A program made the translations under genes and the position numbers. Positions 23,001 to 32,700 of a stretch of 64,000 nt of DNA are shown here, in pieces; position 1 is the stretch's first letter; each line of letters starts with the position of its first letter. Origin of the DNA: Octopus bimaculoides (taxonomy: Eukaryota); assembly GCF_001194135.2 (NCBI RefSeq), contig NC_068991.1, positions 78,312,226 through 78,376,225 on the forward strand, in the 5' to 3' direction. The notes under the pieces were generated by a model. It worked only from the letters and a program-made list of their open reading frames with translations, was not told where the DNA came from and searched no databases.

Positions 23001-26000
23001 TTGGCTGAAACTGAAAGAAACCTGTTGTGCGTATGAGTGTGGATGTGTGCATGCATTTGTACCTCCTTGTCTTGACATTGGGTGATAGCTGTAAACAAGA
23101 GTCACAAGCAGTGTCGTTTGTTTTTAATCTTCCATGGAAACATATCTGGTCTTGGGGAAATATTACCGTAGAAACAAATTTTATTCTAGGTGTTGCTTGC
23201 TTCCCAATCATGTGGTCTTAGGTTCAGTTCTAATACATAGCACTTTGCACAAGCATCTTTCATTACAGCCCCAGGCTGACCAAAGCCTGATGAGCAGATT
23301 TGGTTGACAGAAACTGAAAAGAAGCCTGTTGTAGCCATGCTGGAGCACTGCCTCAAAGGGTGTTAGTCGAAGAAATCAATCCCAGGACATTCTATTGGTC
23401 TCTTTTGCCGAACCACTAAGTTACAGGGACATAAACATACCAGTATCGGTTGTCAAGTGATGGGGGAAAGGGAGAGACAAACACACGCATATACGTATAT
23501 ATGCACACGACAGGCTTCTTCCAGTTTCCACCTACCAAATCCACTCACAAAACTTTGGTCGGGCCGAGGCTATAGTAGAAGACATATGCCCAAGGTGCCA
23601 TGCAGTGGGACTGAACCTGGAACCATTTGGTTGGTAAGCAACCTTCTTACCACACAGCCTTGCCTATATATGACTTGACAGTTGGTGTTGGTTTGTTTAT
23701 GTCCCCATAGCTTATCAGTTTTGCAAAAGAGAGCAACAGAATAAATACCAGGCTTAAAAATAAATAACTGGGGCCGATTTGTTTGACTGAAACCCTTCAA
23801 AGCATTGCCCCAGCATGGCCACAGTTGAAAGACTGAAACAATAGATAAAAGACAGGTGTGCCTAACGAGGGTCAGAAAGCAAGCTGATAATACCTTTCCC
23901 ACCTGGGGTAGCATCAGGCATTGCTGAGTTGTCCAGATGATTAGCCAGGTCAGAATCATTCTCGGATGCACACGAGTCATCACTGCCATCACTTTCGGCC
24001 AACACATCATCATCAGCACTATTTACATCTGCGTCGTTTTCATCCTCTTCTGTACCACTCTCATCTTTTCCCTCCTCCTCCTCATCACTACCAGCTCCTT
24101 CCTCCTCATCCGCCACATCACTACCAGCCTCCTCCACCTCATCTGCCACATCACTACCAGCCTCTTCCTCTTCTGCCACNNNNNNNNNNNNNNNNNNNNN
24201 NNNNNNNNNNNNNNNNNNNNNNNNNNNNNNNNNNNNNNNNNNNNNNNNNNNNNNNNNNNNNNNNNNNNNNNNNNNNNNNNNNNNNNNNNNNNNNNNNNNN
24301 NNNNNNNNNNNNNNNNNNNNNNNNNNNNNNNNNNNNNNNNNNNNNNNNNNNNNNNNNNNNNNNNNNNNNNNNNNNNNNNNNNNNNNNNNNNNNNNNNNNN
24401 NNNNNNNNNNNNNNNNNNNNNNNNNNNNNNNNNNNNNNNNNNNNNNNNNNNNNNNNNNNNNNNNNNNNNNNNNNNNNNNNNNNNNNNNNNNNNNNNNNNN
24501 NNNNNNNNNNNNNNNNNNNNNNNNNNNNNNNNNNNNNNNNNNNNNNNNNNNNNNNNNNNNNNNNNNNNNNNNNNNNNNNNNNNNNNNNNNNNNNNNNNNN
24601 NNNNNNNNNNNNNNNNNNNNNNNNNNNNNNNNNNNNNNNNNNNNNNNNNNNNNNNNNNNNNNNNNNNNNNNNNNNNNNNNNNNNNNNNNNNNNNNNNNNN
24701 NNNNNNNNNNNNNNNNNNNNNNNNNNNNNNNNNNNNNNNNNNNNNNNNNNNNNNNNNNNNNNNNNNNNNNNNNNNNNNNNNNNNNNNNNNNNNNNNNNNN
24801 NNNNNNNNNNNNNNNNNNNNNNNNNNNNNNNNNNNNNNNNNNNNNNNNNNNNNNNNNNNNNNNNNNNNNNNNNNNNNNNNNNNNNNNNNNNNNNNNNNNN
24901 NNNNNNNNNNNNNNNNNNNNNNNNNNNNNNNNNNNNNNNNNNNNNNNNNNNNNCCTCCTCATCCGCCACATCACTACCAGCCTCTTCCTCTTCTGCCACA
25001 TCACTACCAGCCTCTTCCTCTTCTGCCACATCACTACCAGCCCCTTCCTCCTCCCCTTCGACCTCATCTGCCTCAACACTACCAGCTTCTTCCTCCTCCT
25101 CTTCCCCAACGTCACTAGCTCCTGCATCACTACCAACTTCTTCCTCCTCCTCCTCCTCCTCCTCTCCTACCACATCACTACCAGCTTCTTCATCCTCTCC
25201 TGCCACATCACTACCAGATTCATCATCCGCATCCTCTGCCTCTCCACTATCATCATACTCTTCCCCTGCTTCTTCATCTTCTGGCTCTGAATCTTCTTCA
25301 GTTTCCCCATCAGAATCTGTATAAAAAAAAAAAAAAACCATCAAAACCTGGAAATANNNNNNNNNNNNNNNNNNNNNNNNNNNNNNNNNNNNNNNNNNNN
25401 NNNNNNNNNNNNNNNNNNNNNNNNNNNNNNNNNNNNNNNNNNNNNNNNNNNNNNNNNNNNNNNNNNNNNNNNNNNNNNNNNNNNNNNNNNNNNNNNNNNN
25501 NNNNNNNNNNNNNNNNNNNNNNNNNNNNNNNNNNNNNNNNNNNNNNNNNNNNNNNNNNNNNNNNNNNNNNNNNNNNNNNNNNNNNNNNNNNNNNNNNNNN
25601 NNNNNNNNNNNNNNNNNNNNNNNNNNNNNNNNNNNNNNNNNNNNNNNNNNNNNNNNNNNNNNNNNNNNNNNNNNNNNNNNNNNNNNNNNNNNNNNNNNNN
25701 NNNNNNNNNNNNNNNNNNNNNNNNNNNNNNNNNNNNNNNNNNNNNNNNNNNNNNNNNNNNNNNNNNNNNNNNNNNNNNNNNNNNNNNNNNNNNNNNNNNN
25801 NNNNNNNNNNNNNNNNNNNNNNNNNNNNNNNNNNNNNNNNNNNNNNNNNNNNNNNNNNNNNNNNNNNNNNNNNNNNNNNNNNNNNNNNNNNNNNNNNNNN
25901 NNNNNNNNNNNNNNNNNNNNNNNNNNNNNNNNNNNNNNNNNNNNNNNNNNNNNNNNNNNNNNNNNNNNNNNNNNNNNNNNNNNNNNNNNNNNNNNNNNNN

Positions 26001-26638
26001 NNNNNNNNNNNNNNNNNNNNNNNNNNNNNNTTTGACTGAGGACTGGTGGACCAGATAGCTGTACCAGGCTCCAATCTGATTTGGCAATGTTTCTACAGCT
26101 GGATGCTCTTCCTAACGCCAACCACTCCAAGAGTGTAATGGGTGGTTGGCATTAGGGAGGGCATCCAGCTGTAGAAACTCTGCCACATCAGATTGGAGCC
26201 TGGTGCAGCCATCTGGTTCACCAGTCCTCAGTCAAATTGTCCAACCCATGCCAGCATGGAAAGAGGACGTTAAACAATGATGATGATACATATATATATT
26301 CAACTTTTGCCTCTTCTTTGTTTATTCTTCCCTCTGATGAAGCTCCATGTTTCAGATCGGTTTTATTACCAAATATGATAAATATTTTGAATATCACTAG
26401 CAATACCATACAACATTGGAAGCAGAAACAGCTGTTAGACAGGATGCAGTCTATTTGCATTGAATTAATAAATAATAATTGATGTAAGTCAATTGTTTTT
26501 AATCAGTACTTCTCCATTTTCTGTTTTCTTCAAATTTTGATTGAGCATAATATGCTTGCATACGTATGCTCCTGGTTAAACACAGGTAATATACCGGTAG
26601 CGTAATGGATTTCTATCCTTTAGACGGTTATTTTAACC

Positions 26639-26669
<31 letters not shown>

Positions 26670-29600
26670 CATACATATAAACAGACATACACATATTACA
26701 TCTATATTTATACACACCCACGTATATGTTGCAAGTACCTCTCTTGCCATTCCTTATGCTATTCTAGATTACCATTCCTCTTGAGTTACCAAATGTAAAT
26801 AACCAGCATCATAGCACTACCACACAAAGATCCTCGAACCCATACGTGTGTATGCACACACAAATCTCAGTGCTTTCTGTACATTTTTGTATCACAATTA
26901 GTGACAACTTCAGGAAGACGAAATCAATACGTTGACCTCCAACTGGACACAAAACCTGTACTTACGCGCTCTTTTGGTGTCTTTAACTAAATCCAGTACA
27001 AGCTTCATGAATGGCTCTTCTTCTCCCTCCTCAGAAGATGATGATGATGGTGGCAGTGATGTTGAAACAGGCTGAATGAAAAGAGAACGAAAGTCAAAAG
27101 CCTATAAAGCGGTATTTATATTTCTGACATTAACACGAAGCCTCAGATTTAAGGGGAAGAGTTAAGCCTACAATATCAAGCTCGTAGTTGAGTGAAAAAC
27201 GAAGTTAACCTAGGTGGGATTTGAACTCAGGATGTAGAGATTTGTAATTAAAAACCATAAGCCATTTTAACTGATTCTCTACCAGTTCTGTCAATTAGTA
27301 AAATATTGAGGGAAATTATGTATTTTTTTCTCTGTAAGTAGCTTGAGAACACACCAGACACACACACATACTGATCTAATTTATAATTCAAAGAAGGAGA
27401 CCAGCTCGACTGCCTCCCTCCACTAAACAATTCTCGACTAATAATGCATTCTCTTTTTTACATCCATTTTTGTAAGCTGACATGGGTTGGACAAATATAT
27501 TGAGACATTGACAGCTAGTAAATAAAATAATATTGCAAAATTCTGGTTTCTTTGGGGGTACCCCCCTCATATTTATTAAGAAATATAAAATAAACAACAC
27601 TCACATGCTTTTCTACAGGGAAGCGATCAGGTGGAATATTTCTAAAAGAATGAAAGAGAAAGAAAAGAGGTAAATGAAATAACTTCATCATAAAGATTTC
27701 TTATACAAACGATTTAGGAGATAAGAAGTTGTGATGTTCATGCCTTTTCCACGGCCATCCCATCTATCTTTTAGGAGAGTGTAAGATTATCTTCTGTAAT
27801 ATTTCATTTCCTTTATTGAAGATGCTAGGATGTTGATCAGAGAAATTTGGCTGCTATTTCTAGTAGGTTGAAACAAGGAAGGACACTTCAGATTACATGG
27901 TCCTCGATCTATGTTTCAACATACAATGGAAGAGTCATGGTTGGAAGGCTCAATCAGAGCAGACATGGAAGTAAATGAAAATAGTGTAACACATTAATCA
28001 ATGCAGCTGTGAACAGCATCGATTTTAACACCACACTGCCCCGTGTCGTGGCGGCATGGTCAAATAAGTTCCCTTTACTATCAACCATAAGATCTCAGGT
28101 TCAGTCCTATTCTAAGGCCTCAGGGGCAGGTATCGTGCATCATAGCCCAGGGTTAATTCCTGCTTTGCAAGGGAGAAACTGGGTAGTTAGAAACCGTTTG
28201 GAAAGATACAAGGGGGCATAGCCAGGGCAAGCTGCTACTTCTCTGCACCGAGACATCACAGCTTTGGCACTATGCACATGTGATTATCATCATCATTTAA
28301 CGTCCGTTTTCCATGCTGGCATGGGTTGGACGGTTCGACTGGGGTCTGGGAAGCCAGGAGGCTGCACCAGGCTCCAGTCTGATCTAGCAGTATTTCTACA
28401 GCTGGTTGCCCTTCCTAACGCCAACCACTCTGAGAGTGTAGTGGGTGCTTTTTTATGTGCCACTGGCACAGGGGCCAGAGGGGACTGGCACCGACCAGTC
28501 AAAGCGGTGCTGGCATCGGCCATGGTCAGATGGTGCTATTATATATAATAATAATATTAACAACAACAATACCAGGATGTTATTTATAATAGTTTAATAC
28601 ATCACATTTCCACACATCAGAGTCAGTATTATCCATGGGCATCATCAGCATTCCATTTCATCAGGCAATACTGAATAAATGGATGAACTACAAAGGGAAG
28701 GCCAGTATGAAGGGCAATCCAGCTATGTGGGTCTTTCTGTATGTAATTGGTAGGGAGGTGGTTGATGGCAGTGTTGGATTTGTTTGCTATTCATTCTACA
28801 GATTCTGAGAATGGTCATTCATTCAGCAGATTTAAGGATTGTAGTTTACCTCTTTGTTCTATTTCATTCAAGACAGGACTCTCCCTCAATAAATTCTGAA
28901 CCCAACAGGTGGTCACCTGTTATATTATCACCATAAGAAGGGTGGTATTAATCAATGTAGTCAACAAACCCTACTCTATTGCAGCTGACCACCTGTTAGG
29001 TTTAGAATTTATTGAGGGAGAGTTAGGTTTTGAATGAAACAGAACAAAGAGATATATACTACAATCAGTAAATCTGCTGAATGAATCAATGACCATTCTT
29101 AAAATCTGCAGATTGAATAGCAAATAACCCCCCCCCCCGCATATTACTCTCATCACCTACCTATCTACCCCTACCAATTACATACAAAAATACTCAGAGC
29201 TAGACTGGCCTTCATACTGGTAAGAAGGGATAAGCATCCTTCTGTGATTCATCTAATTATATAGTATCACATGAAATTGATCTGTACTGTACTAATCTCA
29301 AAGATACCGACTATGATGTCAAAATTGTCTGATCTGTGGAAACGTGCGTAGCGATGTATTAAATATTTATCCCACATTATATCAGTATAGCCATGATAGT
29401 GTTTCAGTACCAAAAACACTACATAAAACATAAATGAAAAGTGTTGCCCGTCAAATCAGAATGAGTGCAGTCTTTTGCCAAGCCAGCTCCTGTCAAACCA
29501 CTGTCCAACACATGCCAGTATGGAAAGGGGTTAAATGATGATGATAAGGGGCACAAGAGTGGCTGTGTGATAATTAACTTGCTTACCAACCACACGGTTC

Positions 29601-29705
29601 AGTCCCACTGCATGGCACCTTGGGCAAGGGTCTTCTACTATAGCCTTGAGTCGACCAAAGCCTTGTGAGTGGATTTGGTAGACAGAAACTGAAAGAAGCC
29701 CATTG

Positions 29706-29738
<33 letters not shown>

Positions 29739-32700
29739 NNNNNNNNNNNNNNNNNNNNNNNNNNNNNNNNNNNNNNNNNNNNNNNNNNNNNNNNNNNNNN
29801 NNNNNNNNNNNNNNNNNNNNNNNNNNNNNNNNNNNNNNNNNNNNNNNNNNNNNNNNNNNNNNNNNNNNNNNNNNNNNNNNNNNNNNNNNNNNNNNNNNNN
29901 NNNNNNNNNNNNNNNNNNNNNNNNNNNNNNNNNNNNNNNNNNNNNNNNNNNNNNNNNNNNNNNNNNNNNNNNNNNNNNNNNNNNNNNNNNNNNNNNNNNN
30001 NNNNNNNNNNNNNNNNNNNNNNNNNNNNNNNNNNNNNNNNNNNNNNNNNNNNNNNNNNNNNNNNNNNNNNNNNNNNNNNNNNNNNNNNNNNNNNNNNNNN
30101 NNNNNNNNNNNNNNNNNNNNNNNNNNNNNNNNNNNNNNNNTTCATAAGCCTAGTATTTATTCCATCAGTCTCTTTCGCTGAACTGCTAAGTTACAGGGGA
30201 CATAAACACACCAGCATCGGTTGTCAAGTGATGTTGGGAGGACAAACATAGACACACAAATTTATATATACATGACAGGCTTCTTTCAGTTTCCGTCTAC
30301 CAAATCCACTCACAAGGCTTTGGTTGACTCGAGGCTATAGTAGAAGACACTTGTCCAAGGTGCCATGCAGTGGGACTGAACCCTGAACCGTGTGGTTGGT
30401 AAGCAAGCTACTTACCACACAGCCACTCCTATATATATATGGCAAGCTTCTTTCTGTCTCCGAAATCAGTTCACAAGGCTTTGGTGTGCCAGTGGTTTTT
30501 GTAGACGATACTTATTCAAGGTACCATGCAGTGGGACCGAACCCCAAAACCATGTGGTTGGGAAGCAAACTTCTTAGCCACAGAACTATGTTTACACCTT
30601 TATAAGATTGAAAAATATAATTAAAAATTAGCAATAAATTCAATATGTTAAATGTAATATTACCCATGATAACACACCCATGAAGCTGCTATATAGTCAC
30701 TTGGTCTGCTAGAAATAGCAGCTAAAGCTACGTCACTGCTTTCTTAAAAGACAATGAACAATATAGTCCCAGATATACAAAAAAAAAGGGAGATGGCCAT
30801 GGTAGGATTGACTTTAATAACAGGTTTGCTCACCAGGAGTTAAATAACAATTCTCTTTTAGAGTTCCAAGAATTTTACTAGTAAGGCTTTCTTAAGAATT
30901 TTCTTATGTAGACAAGATTATGTGAACAATATAGAAGAGGAAAAGCACATTGTGGTATTCATGCCTTTCCCTCAAAACAATACAAGTGAACTGAAGTGGC
31001 TACAACCAAGAATTGAAATCCAGTCATAAAAAGCAAACATCATTTGCTCTGAACTAACAGAGGCTGCATTCAGTTATTTTCCCTCTCCAAAGAAGGATGG
31101 GTGGTGCTCTACTTTTTGAGAAGCACCAATATTAAATAAATCAAATTCTCTTTTACTCTATAATACATCTCTTCTTTCCCCACTAAATAGCGGGCATAGC
31201 ATCCTGGCTTCTCTAAGCAGATATTATTTTAACAACATCAGAGAAAACACAAGAGGATTCGAAGCATAAATATTTTATAGTTTTTTATAGTTTTTGATTG
31301 GGAAGCTGTAGCAATGAATAACAAAATTCCTGAATAAAACCTTGGGCAAATTCTAGTTTAATTTATTTTGAATTGTTCTACACTCTTCTTGTTCCTATAC
31401 TATTTTCTTTTTAGCCTTTATTCCCAGCATTTCCACCTCACTGTATGCGATTTACTATAAATAAATAGCTATCATATTTTATTTTATAGCTATTATATAA
31501 CTATTATTATTATTTTTATATTTGGTCTGGCTTCAGAGGAAGTAGCAATTATGTTGATTATTGTGAAAGGAATTACTAAGATATATGATATCTTAAGAAC
31601 CAGCTATCTGTTACAGCTGTGGTAACAGAACTTATTCTTAAAGAATAAGTAAGCGTCTAAAGTAAAAAAAAAAAAAATAAGGATGTGTGTGTGAAGAAGC
31701 AGAAAAACAAAACAAAAAAAAAATGACAATTAGTATTATGTATTATCAACAGAGGAAAACCAGCACTTTTATGAAAAGATAAGGGTGACTAAAAAAAAAT
31801 TGCCATCAGCATATATACTTTGTAACTAATATAAGAATTATGGCTGGTGTTTGGCCCCAAGGTAATTCCTGATTTAGATCCAAGGCGTTCTAATTGTGAT
31901 GTTTTTTCTTTAGGGAACTGTAGGACTATGTATGTCAAATGCCCTTTTATTTTTTAAAAACAATAGGATGTATTTTAAGAGCTTTTTGACTGCTATTTTT
32001 AGCATGTTGAGTAACCTACATAAGAGACTCAAGAGTTAAGGAGGGTGGCGGATTAGTAAAAATTGTTGAGTGGCAAATAGACTGCCTTGTGGCATATATT
32101 TTTGTTCTTTTACATTCTAACTAACCCCCCCCCCATCAGGTTCAACTCTACATTCCAGCCTTCTGGTGGGAGGAGAGACTTGATTAAGACACCAATTGTT
32201 TATTTCAATAATGCCTCAGAAGGAGATCAACATTTGAGTTAAAGCAAATTGCGTATGGATGAGTACAGCTGTGTGCAAAAGTGTCATACCCTAGCAGTAG
32301 AAGCGACCTGTGGAAGAGGTAGACCCGTGACCAATGGTTCATTCTCAGCCCTGAGCATTTCACCCCTTTTTTAAACTCCAGACATAGGACATTGCATGTT
32401 TGATCGTCAATCTATCATCACTGACAGTGAGATGGTTTAAGGGCTGTTTGGCTGCTATTTTCAGCAGGTCAAGCAACAACATAGAATCATCCTCGCTGAT
32501 TCATCAAGTTCTCAGTAGTAGCGCAGGTGGTAAGCAGCTAAAATTGATATTTCTTTGGTTTTTAGTGCTGGGTAACAGCTATTAGCAACAGACTAGCTTT
32601 AATGCTACAAAAAAACCACTGCTAAGCTCTTCACATTACATTAGAGGTATATTTCATCCTTAGCACCGCCACCATCATCATTTAATGTCTGTTATCCAGC

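Noticed and set aside
23966-25324. + strand Ser/Pro/His-rich ORFs
   Set aside because: Antisense shadows of the acidic UTP25 exon 4
27390-27585. Possible mariner 5' end (GAGGGGGGTACCCCCAAAGAAACCAGAATT on the - strand)
   Set aside because: Only one terminus-like motif and no clear transposase motif; too weak to call
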